DNA of 64,000 bases from an uncultured Planctomycetia bacterium (GCA_964415355.1 CAYPYS010000002.1:138475-202474); one strand, 5' to 3'. Counted from the stretch's first letter, positions 47,609 through 57,029 are shown. Notes: a model not told the origin generated them from the letters alone. Translations and numbers: made by a program.

Positions 47609-48178
47609 GGAAGTATACAAATCGTGTTTTTGAATGTATTTCGCTACCTTTTTTGGGACAAAATCACGTATATCCCGACCGTTTCTTATCCTGTCTCTTA
47701 TTTTGGTCGAAGAGATATCTTTAGCGTCGATATCGAGAACTATAAATTCGCCCGATGAGCCTCTGATTTTAAAGCCCGGACGCTTAATGACTATGAACTT
47801 GCAAAGCCTTAGTATTCGCCTGAGGTTTTTCCACTTATCAAGGGCTGTCAATGAATCAGAACCTGTTATAAAAAATATTTCGGCGCGCGAACCGTATCTC
47901 TTCCTGAAATGCCTTAGCGTCTCTACGGAATAAGACCTTCCTTTTCTCTTTAGCTCGACATCTGAGACTTCGAATCTCTTATAGCTCTCTATGGCAAGCC
48001 TGACCATGTCATACCTGTGTCTTGCCTTAGTGACCCTGATGTCTTTTTTATGCGGAGGCAGGTTTGTCGGGATAAAGATCACCTTGTCCAGGCAAAGCCT
48101 GTCGCGGATCTTCTTTGCTAGATGCAAGTGTCCCAGGTGAATAGGATCGAATGTCCCGCCTAATAGCCCTATCTTCAT
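47606..48178 (-). CDS. nadD: Nicotinate-nucleotide adenylyltransferase
   Basis: GGTFDPIHLGH, PPHK, ITGSDS, ISSTKIR; ATG 48178. Confidence 0.95.
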   Translation of the reverse strand: MKIGLLGGTFDPIHLGHLHLAKKIRDRLCLDKVIFIPTNLPPHKKDIRVTKARHRYDMVRLAIESYKRFEVSDVELKRKGRSYSVETLRHFRKRYGSRAEIFFITGSDSLTALDKWKNLRRILRLCKFIVIKRPGFKIRGSSGEFIVLDIDAKDISSTKIRDRIRNGRDIRDFVPKKVAKYIQKHDLYTS

Positions 48179-48185
48179 ATCATCT

Positions 48186-49553
48186 CTATAAAGAATGTAT
48201 TGCTCGGTTATGTATTGCCTCGGAGACCTCTTGAACGACTTCGGATAATGTAGGGTGAGCGTGAATGACATCGGCGAGCTTTTCGGATGTTATCCCGAAT
48301 TGAACGCATGGCGAGAACTCAGCTATTAATTCTGTAGCGCGAGGGCCTATTATCTGAGCCCCTAATATCTTGTCACTTTCATTATCCACAACGAGCTTTA
48401 TGAAGCCTTCTGTCTCGCCTAAAACATGCGATTTTCCTGTAGCAGAAAATAAAAATTTTCTGGTGCGCGTCTTTAGTCCTCGCTCCCTGGCTGTCTTATC
48501 GCTTAAGCCGACACTTGAGATCTCTGGCTGCGTGAAAATGCAATTTGGCACCGCATCGTAGTTTAAAACCTTTTCTTTCCCCGATATGTTTTCTACGGCG
48601 CAGATAGCTTCTTTTGAAGCCACGTGGGCCAATAAAATCCCGCCTATCGCGTCACCGACGGCGTATATGTTTTTAACGTTTGTCCTGTAGTACTTATCTA
48701 CTTCTACCCACCCCTTATTGCATTCTATCCCCGCATTCTCTATGCCTAAATCCTTGGTATTGGGAATTCTGCCGACACATACAAGCGCTTTATCAGCAGG
48801 GAATGCTGCGCCGCTTGAAAGCGTCGCGCTGATCCCGCCCTCTTTTTTATCTATTTTTTCTACCTTTGTCTTTGTAAATATTTTTATGCCCTTCTTTTTG
48901 AATATCTCGGAAATTTTTCTTACTATTTCAGCGTCTTCATTTGGCAAGAGCTGATCCATCATCTCGATTATCGATACCTCTGAACCAAATGACCTGAAAA
49001 TAGATGCGAATTCGCATCCGATAACGCCTCCGCCGACTATAACTATGCTTTTTGGCACGCTTTGTAACGCCAGCATATGAGAACTCGACAAGATATAGGT
49101 TCCATCATAAGGTATGCCCGGTATTTCAAAAGGAAGGGAGCCTGTGGCTATAAGTATGTTTTTCGCCTCTACCTCTTCCTCATCAGATATTACATGCGCG
49201 GCATCTTTTATTTTTGCTTTTTGCTTAACAAGGTCGATCTTTCTCGCTTTTACAAGCATTTCTATGCCAGAGGAAAGTTTTTTAACGATCTTTTCCTTTC
49301 TTTCCTGCACCTTTGAAAAATTTAAATTGCACTCTTTCACGTCTATGCCAAACTCATCCGCGCGTTTTATGCTCGAATACAGGCTGCTGGAAACAGACAG
49401 CGCCTTTGTAGGTATGCAACCCCAGTTAAGACACACGCCCCCTATTTTTTCTTTTTCAAAAAGACAGACATTCAGACCCAGCTGGGCTGCTCTAACAGCC
49501 GCGACATAACCTCCAGGCCCAGAACCTATTATTACCAGGTCATATTTTTTCAT
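48186..49553 (-). CDS. lpdA: Dihydrolipoyl dehydrogenase
   Basis: GSGPGGY, GGVCLNWGCIP, HAHPTLSE. Confidence 0.95.
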   Translation of the reverse strand: MKKYDLVIIGSGPGGYVAAVRAAQLGLNVCLFEKEKIGGVCLNWGCIPTKALSVSSSLYSSIKRADEFGIDVKECNLNFSKVQERKEKIVKKLSSGIEMLVKARKIDLVKQKAKIKDAAHVISDEEEVEAKNILIATGSLPFEIPGIPYDGTYILSSSHMLALQSVPKSIVIVGGGVIGCEFASIFRSFGSEVSIIEMMDQLLPNEDAEIVRKISEIFKKKGIKIFTKTKVEKIDKKEGGISATLSSGAAFPADKALVCVGRIPNTKDLGIENAGIECNKGWVEVDKYYRTNVKNIYAVGDAIGGILLAHVASKEAICAVENISGKEKVLNYDAVPNCIFTQPEISSVGLSDKTARERGLKTRTRKFLFSATGKSHVLGETEGFIKLVVDNESDKILGAQIIGPRATELIAEFSPCVQFGITSEKLADVIHAHPTLSEVVQEVSEAIHNRAIHSL

Positions 49554-49557
49554 ATTT

Positions 49558-49582
49558 AGATTCCCGCTTCCGCGGGAATGAC
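49558..49582 (-). repeat. GC-rich REP/dRS3-like hairpin
   Basis: ag-ATTCCC-gcttccgc-GGGAAT-gac. Confidence 0.85.
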
Positions 49583-49588
49583 ATTGCT

Positions 49589-49623
49589 TAAGTATACTTT
49601 TAACAATGTTAAAAGTATACTTA
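49589..49623. repeat. 35-bp perfect palindrome, AGTATAC subfamily
   Basis: taagtatacttttaac-aat-gttaaaagtatactta; symmetry extends to gct...agc. Confidence 0.93.
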
Positions 49624-49626
49624 AGC

Positions 49627-49643
49627 GTTGAAATGTAAAGTTA
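49627..49643. repeat. Half copy (one arm); provides mdh stop
   Basis: gttgaaatgtaaagtta. Confidence 0.88.
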
Positions 49644-50525
49644 GAGTTTGTTTATGCCTTCTCTTATTTTTTCAGCGGATTTCTTGAAAGCCTTTTTTTC
49701 TTCGCCAGAAAGCCCTATTTCGATTATTTCTTTTATTCCCGTGCTCCCCAGCACAACAGGCACTCCTATATAGATATCCTTTTCGTCATACTGACCATCA
49801 AGATATGAGCTGACGCATATTGTTTCTTTTTCGTCGTTTAATATCGCTTTTAGCATGCGAAACACTGCTGCGGAAGGCGCGAAATAAGCGCTCCCTGTCT
49901 TTAGATGTGATACTATTTCAGCGCCCCGATTCCGGGCTATTTCCGAGGATTCGTTAAAGATGTTTTGCTGGAGTTCTTTGGATCTATTGACGGGCAGCAT
50001 GGTATCTCCGTGGCTACCCATCATGAAAATATTATCCTTGTCTAGAGACTCGGTCCTCTGGGAAACTGCGTTGAAAAACCTGGTCGTATCCAATAGGCCC
50101 GCCATGCCAATGACTTTCTTTGGATCGAATCCTGTTGTTTTCATGACAAGATAGGTCATTACGTCGAGCGGGTTTGTCACGACGATTACTATGGATAGAG
50201 GGCAAAGTTTTTTTATGTGGCTAGATATATCTTTGAGGATCGCGGCATTTTTTTTCAAAAGATCATCCCGCGACATGCCTGGTTTTCGGGCGAGCCCTGC
50301 TGTTACAACGACTATGCCGGCGCCTTTGATATCGCTGAAATTCTCTGTACCGGTTATCTTGGATTTCGAGTCAAAGATAGGCCTCGCGTCGGAAATGTCC
50401 AGTGCTTTGCCTTTTGCCAGGCCAGGCACTATGTCGAGCAGGACAACATCTGCGAGCCCGGCATCTGCGACCCTAGATGCTATCATTGCGCCAACGTTCC
50501 CTGCTCCTATTACCGCGATCTTCAC
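49641..50525 (-). CDS. mdh: Malate dehydrogenase (LDH-like)
   Basis: GAGNVG, TAGLARKPGMSRDDL, VTNPLD, HGD, SAYFAP; GTG 50525 after AAGGAGG. Confidence 0.93.
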   Translation of the reverse strand: MKIAVIGAGNVGAMIASRVADAGLADVVLLDIVPGLAKGKALDISDARPIFDSKSKITGTENFSDIKGAGIVVVTAGLARKPGMSRDDLLKKNAAILKDISSHIKKLCPLSIVIVVTNPLDVMTYLVMKTTGFDPKKVIGMAGLLDTTRFFNAVSQRTESLDKDNIFMMGSHGDTMLPVNRSKELQQNIFNESSEIARNRGAEIVSHLKTGSAYFAPSAAVFRMLKAILNDEKETICVSSYLDGQYDEKDIYIGVPVVLGSTGIKEIIEIGLSGEEKKAFKKSAEKIREGINKL

Positions 50526-50536
50526 GAATACCTCCT

Positions 50537-50573
50537 TAACTTTACATTTCAACAACGTTAAAGTGTAAAGTTA
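50537..50573. repeat. 37-bp palindrome copy; provides the stop of the icd-like gene
   Basis: taactttacatttcaac-aac-gttaaagtgtaaagtta. Confidence 0.95.
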
Positions 50574-51650
50574 GAGCTTGGCGATTATGGCGTCTGCCAT
50601 CTGGCTCGTGCCAACAGCAGTAGGATCATTGCGATCCTCTTTTAGATCATAGGTAACGCTTTGATTTTCGCTTATGACGTCAGCAACAGCCTTTTCAAGC
50701 CTATCAGCAGCTTTATCTTCATTTAAATACCTGAGCATCAACACGCCTGACAATATCATTGCCGTAGGGTTTACCTTATTAAGTCCGGCATACTTTGGGG
50801 CGCTGCCGTGTATCGCCTCGAATAAAGCTGCGGTATCTCCTATATTTGCTCCAGGGGCAACGCCTAATCCGCCTGCAAGCCCTGCACAAAGGTCTGACAA
50901 GATATCACCGTACAGATTCGGAAGCACTAAAACATCATATAATTCAGGTTTCTGCACCAGCTGCATGCACATATTGTCCACGATCCTGTCTTCGAATTCA
51001 ATTTTTCCCTCGTATTTCTTAGCCACTTCTCTTGCTACGCTGAGGAATAATCCGTCGGTTTCCTTCATGATGTTGGCTTTATGCACGGCTGTTACTTTTT
51101 TTCTCTTGTTTTTTACCGCATAATCAAAGGCGAATTTTACTATCCTCTCTGACGCGCTTCTGGAAATAGGCTTTATCCCGATAGCAGAATCATTCTTTAC
51201 GGCAGAGCCGCTCATGCTCTCTATACACTTGATCATATCCTTGGTGTTTTTCTTGCCCTCTGAAAATTCTATGCCTGCGTAGAGATCCTCTGTGTTTTCC
51301 CTGACAACGACCAGATCTGTATTGGGATACTTGGTTTTAACGCCTTTGTATATTTTGCACGGCCTCAAACACGCATAAAGATCCAGGGCCATTCTCAGCC
51401 TGACATTGACTGACCTGAAACCTTTACCTACAGGCGTAATAATAGGTCCTTTTATGGCGACCTTATTGTTTCTTATAGAATCCAAGGTTTCATCGGGAAG
51501 AGGGGTACCGAATTTGCCAATAGCCTCTTCGCCGGCTATCTGCTCCTCCCACTCTATTTTCACGCCAGTAGCGTCTATGCATCTCTTTGCAGCCAGGCTG
51601 ACTTCTTTGCCTATGCCGTCTCCAGGGATCAGTGTGATTTTATGTGACAA
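50571..51650 (-). CDS. Isocitrate/isopropylmalate dehydrogenase family (probably NAD-IDH)
   Basis: [52 protein letters not shown]. Confidence 0.88.
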   Translation of the reverse strand: MSHKITLIPGDGIGKEVSLAAKRCIDATGVKIEWEEQIAGEEAIGKFGTPLPDETLDSIRNNKVAIKGPIITPVGKGFRSVNVRLRMALDLYACLRPCKIYKGVKTKYPNTDLVVVRENTEDLYAGIEFSEGKKNTKDMIKCIESMSGSAVKNDSAIGIKPISRSASERIVKFAFDYAVKNKRKKVTAVHKANIMKETDGLFLSVAREVAKKYEGKIEFEDRIVDNMCMQLVQKPELYDVLVLPNLYGDILSDLCAGLAGGLGVAPGANIGDTAALFEAIHGSAPKYAGLNKVNPTAMILSGVLMLRYLNEDKAADRLEKAVADVISENQSVTYDLKEDRNDPTAVGTSQMADAIIAKL

Positions 51651-52137
51651 TGTTAAGCCCTCCATGTTTCTTGTAAAGATTTACTATGCCGCCTTCTTCT
51701 ATCAGCGCTCTCTGAAATTTATTAAAAGGCTTTATATCCAGACGCTTGCCTTTCTTGGTAGAAATAATGCCTTTTTTTAAATCTACCTCCAACTCCTCGC
51801 CTTCTTTTATCAAGCTAGTGTTGCACTCGATAAGAGGAAGCCCCAGGTTAAAGGCATTCCTGTAAAATATCCTGGCAAAGCTTTTTGCCAGCACCGCGTG
51901 ACAACCCGCATGCTTGATAGCCAGGGGTGCTTGTTCGCGAGATGATCCGCACCCAAAGTTTTTACCAGCTACAACAAAAAATGACTTGCCGTGAAGCTCT
52001 CTGTAAAAATTTGGATTAGCATCTTCGAACACGTGCTTCGCCAGCTCATCAGGATCTGTGATGGAAAACTTGTATCTGCCGGAAATAATGAGATCTGTAT
52101 TTATGTCGTTGCCGAACTTATACGCTAGACCTTTCAT
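51640..52137 (-). CDS. LeuD/HacB-type dehydratase small subunit
   Basis: [29 protein letters not shown]. Confidence 0.9.
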   Translation of the reverse strand: MKGLAYKFGNDINTDLIISGRYKFSITDPDELAKHVFEDANPNFYRELHGKSFFVVAGKNFGCGSSREQAPLAIKHAGCHAVLAKSFARIFYRNAFNLGLPLIECNTSLIKEGEELEVDLKKGIISTKKGKRLDIKPFNKFQRALIEEGGIVNLYKKHGGLNIVT

Positions 52138-52153
52138 TGTTCACTCGCTCTCC

Positions 52154-52190
52154 TAACTTTACACTTTAACATTGTTGAAATGTAAAGTTA
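52154..52190. repeat. 37-bp palindrome copy; provides pilT stop
   Basis: taactttacactttaac-att-gttgaaatgtaaagtta. Confidence 0.95.
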
Positions 52191-53237
52191 GAGGTGGCGT
52201 GCCTCCTCAGGGTGCTTTACATATGTCTTGTAGGTGTCAACGCTTATTACACCCTTTTGGAAAAGGGCTTTTAGCGACTTATCCATAGTATGCATGCCGT
52301 ACTGAAAACCTGTTTGAATATGCGTCAAGAGCTGCTCTGTTTCCTGCTCGCGAACAAGATTTCTTACCGCAGACGTGGCGACCATTACTTCTGTCGCCAG
52401 TACCCTGCCAGGCCTATCCACTCTGGGCAAAAGCTGCTGACTGATGACGCCCTGAAGCGCCCCTGCCAGCTGGATCTTGACCTGCTGCTGCTGATAAGGA
52501 GGAAATACATCTATAATCCTATCTATTGTCTGGGTCGCGTCAGGAGTATGCAGGGTGGCTAATACCAAATGTCCTGTTTCTGCCGCTGTCAACGCAGTAG
52601 AAACTGTCTCCAGGTCTCTCATTTCGCCTACAACTATTACATTGGGGTCCTGCCTCAAGGCATGAGTCAATGCATTTGCAAAAGACCTGGTATCAGAATA
52701 GACCTCTCTCTGTTTTACGACGCTGCGCCTATTTATATGCATATATTCTATAGGGTCCTCTACCGCGATAATTATGGATTGTCGTTCATGATTGATAAAA
52801 TTTATCATGGACGCCATGGTCGTGGTTTTTCCGACACCCGTGGGCCCGGTAATGAGGACCAGGCCCTGGGTCTTGCGCGCCAGATCCGTGACCACAGGGG
52901 GCAAGCCAAGCTCTTCAAAGGTTTTTATACGCAGAGAAACCATTCTAAACGCTGCTTCGACATTGCCTCTCTGCATATGCACATTGACGCGAAATCTGTT
53001 CAAGCCAGGCACTTCGAAAGAAAGATCCAGCTCCAGGTCTCTTTCAAAAATAGCTTTCTGTTTATCGTTTAATATACTATATATCAAACGCTTTGCGTCT
53101 TCTCTTGTTATTTTTGCAAATTCTGAAAGCGGGATAAGCCTGCCATCCACTCTGACAATGGGCACTGAATTAACGGTTATATGAAGATCAGACGCATTTT
53201 TTTCGCTCGCGATTCTTAAAAGACCTCTGAGATCCAT
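52188..53237 (-). CDS. pilT: Type IV pilus retraction ATPase
   Basis: ASDLHI, RFRVN, GPTGVGKTT, ALRQDP, AAETGHLV, AVRNLVRE, GMHTMD. Confidence 0.93.
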   Translation of the reverse strand: MDLRGLLRIASEKNASDLHITVNSVPIVRVDGRLIPLSEFAKITREDAKRLIYSILNDKQKAIFERDLELDLSFEVPGLNRFRVNVHMQRGNVEAAFRMVSLRIKTFEELGLPPVVTDLARKTQGLVLITGPTGVGKTTTMASMINFINHERQSIIIAVEDPIEYMHINRRSVVKQREVYSDTRSFANALTHALRQDPNVIVVGEMRDLETVSTALTAAETGHLVLATLHTPDATQTIDRIIDVFPPYQQQQVKIQLAGALQGVISQQLLPRVDRPGRVLATEVMVATSAVRNLVREQETEQLLTHIQTGFQYGMHTMDKSLKALFQKGVISVDTYKTYVKHPEEARHL

Positions 53238-53250
53238 AATTAACCTCTCT

Positions 53251-54495
53251 TTATAAATATTTCCTAGGGTCTGTGATCTTGCCTTCTATGGCAGAAGCAG
53301 CCACTGTGGCCGGGGACCCGAGATATATAAATGCGTCCGGATTCCCCATTCTTCCCTTAAAATTCCTGTTCGCGGTCGAAATCACGTTTTCGCCTTTGGC
53401 CGGTACGCCATTATGCGTGCCCACGCAAGGACCGCAGCCAGGGGCGACTACGCAAGCACCAGCCTTGACAAAGTCCGCAATAATACCTGCTTTAAGCGCT
53501 TTTTCAAAGATAGATTTCGAGGCCGGGGCGACTATCATCTTTACGTATTTATGGACCTGTCCTTTTTTCAAGACAGAGGCCGCTATCTTTAGATCTTCCA
53601 GCCTGCCGTTCGTGCACGTGCCGACAAAAGCCTCATCTATCTTTATATTCTTTAGTCGGTTAATGGGCTTAACATTATCAACTGTATGGGGCCTTGCGAC
53701 CTGCGGCGTGATTTTACTGACGTCGTATTCGATGACTTCGGAATAATGGGCGTCTCGGTCACTTTTTATTTTACGGGCAGTGGAACGCAAATATTTAAAT
53801 GTCTTTTCGTCAGGTTCGATCATGCCTGCCTTTGCCCCCATTTCAATGGCCATATTGGTGATAGTGAATCTAGCATCCATACTGAGACGCCTTATATAAT
53901 CTCCGGTAAATTCTACTGCTTTGTAAGTGCAATAATCTGCTCCCAGGTCCCCTATTATATAAAGTATGATATCTTTTGAAAAAGTACCTTTTTTAGCCTT
54001 GCCCTTCAAAATAATCTTTACGGTCTCCGGCACCTTGAACCAATTTTTACCAGAGGCCAAAGCCACTGCCAGATCAGTCGATCCCATGCCAGTGGAAAAA
54101 GCCCCTAAGGAGCCGTACGTGCACGTATGAGAATCAGCACCCACGACCAGGTCGCCTGGTTTGACAAGCCCTGATTCAGGGATGACCTGATGACACACGC
54201 CCTGGCCGATATCAAATATCTTCACGCCCCTGTCATGTGCAAAATCACGCATTTTTTTATGTATCTGGGATACTCCGATATTCGGGCTGGGGGCGCTGTG
54301 ATCAATGACCATGCAGAATTTATTTTTATTAAAGACCTTTTTCGCGCCTATTTTTTTGAATGAGTCTATAATAAGGGAGCTGGTCCCGTCCTGGCCAAAG
54401 CAAAAATCTACATCACATACAGCCACGTCTCCGGCCTTCACGTCTTTTCCGCAATGTGAGCTAAATATCTTCTCTGCTATGGTCTTACCCATCAC
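53251..54495 (-). CDS. LeuC/HacA-type dehydratase large subunit
   Basis: GKTIAEKI, GVCHQ, GADSHTCT, GTCTNGR, GCGPCVG, NRNFKGRMG. Confidence 0.92.
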   Translation of the reverse strand: MMGKTIAEKIFSSHCGKDVKAGDVAVCDVDFCFGQDGTSSLIIDSFKKIGAKKVFNKNKFCMVIDHSAPSPNIGVSQIHKKMRDFAHDRGVKIFDIGQGVCHQVIPESGLVKPGDLVVGADSHTCTYGSLGAFSTGMGSTDLAVALASGKNWFKVPETVKIILKGKAKKGTFSKDIILYIIGDLGADYCTYKAVEFTGDYIRRLSMDARFTITNMAIEMGAKAGMIEPDEKTFKYLRSTARKIKSDRDAHYSEVIEYDVSKITPQVARPHTVDNVKPINRLKNIKIDEAFVGTCTNGRLEDLKIAASVLKKGQVHKYVKMIVAPASKSIFEKALKAGIIADFVKAGACVVAPGCGPCVGTHNGVPAKGENVISTANRNFKGRMGNPDAFIYLGSPATVAASAIEGKITDPRKYL

Positions 54496-54503
54496 GGCTC
54501 CCC

Positions 54504-54517
54504 AAAGTGTAAAGTTA
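54504..54517. repeat. Remnant half copy; provides pnp stop
   Basis: aaagtgtaaagtta followed by ggc. Confidence 0.8.
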
Positions 54518-56581
54518 GGCTTGCTTGATGCTTAGGTTCAGCCTGCCCATCTCATCTATTTTGATAAGTTTGACTTTTACTTTATCGCCTATCTTTACGG
54601 CATCCTCTACATTCTTAATAAATTTACCGGAAAGCTCAGACACATGAATCAGGCCTTCCTTACCTGGGAATATTTCGCAAAACGCGCCAAAGTTCATTAT
54701 GCGCGTAATGGTTCCTTCGAATACAGATCCCACTTCAAGATCCCCTGTTATGCCTTTTATCATCTCCATGGCTTTATCGATAGCCTCTTCGTTGTCCGAA
54801 GCGACAGATACCTTGCCATCATCGTCTACTTCAACAGTAGCGCCTGTATCTGCGATTATCTTTTTTATGATCTTGCCGCCAGGGCCTATTACGCTCCTGA
54901 TCTTATCCTTCTCTATAGTGATACTTTTTATCTTAGGCGCATACTCGGAAAGTTCTTTTCTAGGGGATCCAATTGCCTCTGAGATCTTCTTCATTATAAA
55001 TTCCCTGGCAGGCGCAGCCTGTTTCATTATCTTCTTTATTAAATCAATGTCTATGCCGTCGATCTTCAGGTCCATCTGAAGAGCAGTAATGCCCTCGTCC
55101 GTACCTGTGACTTTAAAGTCCATATCGCCGAAATGATCCTCGACGCCCGCAATATCTGTCAGGATAGCGCTGTTCTTTCCTTCCTTGACCAAGCCCATGG
55201 CTATGCCTGTCACAGGTTTCTTGATCGGAACGCCCGCGTCCATTAGAGAAAGCGTACCAGCGCAAACAGTCGCCATACTGCTAGACCCATTGGACTCAAG
55301 GACCTCTGATACCATCCTTACTGTATAAGGAAAATCTTCGTTAGAGGGCATAACTGCTTTAAGCGCCCTCTCGGCCAATGCGCCGTGCCCGATCTCTCTT
55401 CTGCCGGGTCCTCGCACAGGCTTCACTTCTCCGACGCTAAATGGCGGAAAATTATAATGCAGCATAAAACTCTTGAACTTCTCTCCTTCTAATGTATCGA
55501 GGCGCTGTTCGTCTTGGCCTGTGCCAAGCGTAGTGACGGCGAGACTCTGGGTCTGCCCCCTTGTAAACAAACCAGAGCCATGAGTCCTTGGCAACACGCC
55601 TACTTCACAGGTTATTTCTCTGAGATCTTCGTGTTTTCTGCCATCCACCCTCTTTTCTTTCTCCAGAACAGACCTTCTGACCCCTTCTTTTTCGACTTTA
55701 TGCAATGCGCTCTTTATATCAGCATCTTCGAGTGTTTCATCGTCAGTCTTTAATTTTTCTATTATTTTGTTGCTTAATACCTCGATCGCCTCTTCTCTCT
55801 GCTCTTTTGCAGGAAGCAAATATATCTTTTCAAGTTCAGATGAAGATAAATCCTGAACCTTTTTGTGCAACTCTTTTGATATGATCTTGCATTCTGGTTC
55901 AAACTTTTTCTGTCCACACTTCTTTTGCAAGCCCAGCTGCAACTCTATGGTCTGATCGATATAGTCCTGCGCAAGCTCTATAGCCTCGAGCATCTTTTCT
56001 TCTGAGATCTCTTCAGCACCTGCCTCAAGCATTACAAGCTTACCCTTGAGCCCTACTGCTACAAGGTTCAGTTTGCTGTTCTCGAGTTCTTCAAAAGTAG
56101 GGTTCACGATAAATTTATCGTCTTTCAGGCCGATCCTCACTGCGCCAACAGGGCCTCCAAACGGAATATCCGAAATAGTCAATGCGCACGAGGCGCCTAT
56201 TATAGCAAGGATATCCGAATCATTCTCCCCGTCACTAGAAAGCACTATGGCATAAACTTGTACATCATTCATAAAGCCTTCGGGAAACAGTGGCCTTATA
56301 GGCCTGTCTGTCAGGCGGGCAGTCAAGATCTCCTTTTCCGTAGGCCTGCCTTCTCGCTTAAAATATCCACCTGGTATCTTGCCGGCCGCATAGGTCTTTT
56401 CCTGGTATTCGACTGTAAGAGGGAAAAAGCCTATGCCTTCTCTTATCTTTTTTGAGCACGTCGCCGCGACCAAGACCACTGTGCCGCCATACTGCACGCA
56501 GACTGCGCCATTTGCCTGCTTTGCCATCCTGCCTGTTTCTATAATAAGATTCTCGTTTCCTATTTTGCTTTCGACTTTCAT
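54515..56581 (-). CDS. pnp: Polyribonucleotide nucleotidyltransferase
   Basis: KREGRP, DRPIRPLF, FTRGQTQ, RREIGHG, GDMDFKV, KH and S1 domains. Confidence 0.98.
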   Translation of the reverse strand: MKVESKIGNENLIIETGRMAKQANGAVCVQYGGTVVLVAATCSKKIREGIGFFPLTVEYQEKTYAAGKIPGGYFKREGRPTEKEILTARLTDRPIRPLFPEGFMNDVQVYAIVLSSDGENDSDILAIIGASCALTISDIPFGGPVGAVRIGLKDDKFIVNPTFEELENSKLNLVAVGLKGKLVMLEAGAEEISEEKMLEAIELAQDYIDQTIELQLGLQKKCGQKKFEPECKIISKELHKKVQDLSSSELEKIYLLPAKEQREEAIEVLSNKIIEKLKTDDETLEDADIKSALHKVEKEGVRRSVLEKEKRVDGRKHEDLREITCEVGVLPRTHGSGLFTRGQTQSLAVTTLGTGQDEQRLDTLEGEKFKSFMLHYNFPPFSVGEVKPVRGPGRREIGHGALAERALKAVMPSNEDFPYTVRMVSEVLESNGSSSMATVCAGTLSLMDAGVPIKKPVTGIAMGLVKEGKNSAILTDIAGVEDHFGDMDFKVTGTDEGITALQMDLKIDGIDIDLIKKIMKQAAPAREFIMKKISEAIGSPRKELSEYAPKIKSITIEKDKIRSVIGPGGKIIKKIIADTGATVEVDDDGKVSVASDNEEAIDKAMEMIKGITGDLEVGSVFEGTITRIMNFGAFCEIFPGKEGLIHVSELSGKFIKNVEDAVKIGDKVKVKLIKIDEMGRLNLSIKQA

Positions 56582-56593
56582 AATATCTCCTTG

Positions 56594-56620
56594 AAAAAAA
56601 AGGCGGATAAAAATCCGCCC
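56594..56620 (-). terminator. Intrinsic terminator between rpsO and pnp
   Basis: GGCGGAU-UUUU-AUCCGCC followed by U8. Confidence 0.8.
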
Positions 56621-56679
56621 GTAAACCCGGCGTCGCTCAGCTAATTAACATAAATTATAGAGCAAGGCCAGGGACATCT

Positions 56680-56946
56680 CTATTTTTTTAACTTTAAGCT
56701 CTCTACGAGTTCGCGATACTTTTCCGCATTCTCTCTTTTTAAATACCCTAATAAGCTTTTTCTCTGGCTGACTAGACGTAAAAGCCCTACCCTCGAATTA
56801 AAATCCTTCTTATGGGTCTTAAAATGGTCTGTTAGGCCATTAATCCGCTTGGTCAATAAAGCTACCTGCACGCTACAGGAACCAGTATCCTTCTCGTGCT
56901 CTGCGAAATCCTTTATGATCTTCTTCTTTTCCTCGCTTTTTACCAC
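56680..56946 (-). CDS. rpsO: 30S ribosomal protein S15
   Basis: DTGS..VQVALLT, HFKTHKKD, GLL..V..RKSLL.YL. Confidence 0.96.
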   Translation of the reverse strand: MVKSEEKKKIIKDFAEHEKDTGSCSVQVALLTKRINGLTDHFKTHKKDFNSRVGLLRLVSQRKSLLGYLKRENAEKYRELVESLKLKK

Positions 56947-56984
56947 TGTCTTAACTCCTCTCTTATTCTCTGTTATAGAGCCAA

Positions 56985-57013
56985 ATTATACTATGCTTTA
57001 GAATCCAGGTCAA
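56985..57013 (-). promoter_or_regulatory. Putative sigma70 promoter TTGACC-17-TATAAT for rpsO
   Basis: Near-consensus hexamers with 17-bp spacer. Confidence 0.75.
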
Positions 57014-57029
57014 GTGTTTTATTGCTACC

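Noticed and set aside
48179-48271. N-terminal extension of nadD
   Set aside because: It overlaps lpdA; the conserved start is ATG 48178.
15517-50555. Shared N-terminal peptide MLKCKV on PrfA, GatC, PdxA, Mdh, CtpA and others
   Set aside because: Translation of the repeat from an internal TTG/ATG. In-frame frequency is about what chance predicts, and downstream starts match the family N-termini.
34922-51650. Stop-codon read-through fusions gatB-ctpA and icd-mdh via the repeat's open frame
   Set aside because: Same-frame arrangement is seen at only a few junctions, consistent with chance; both downstream genes have their own SD.
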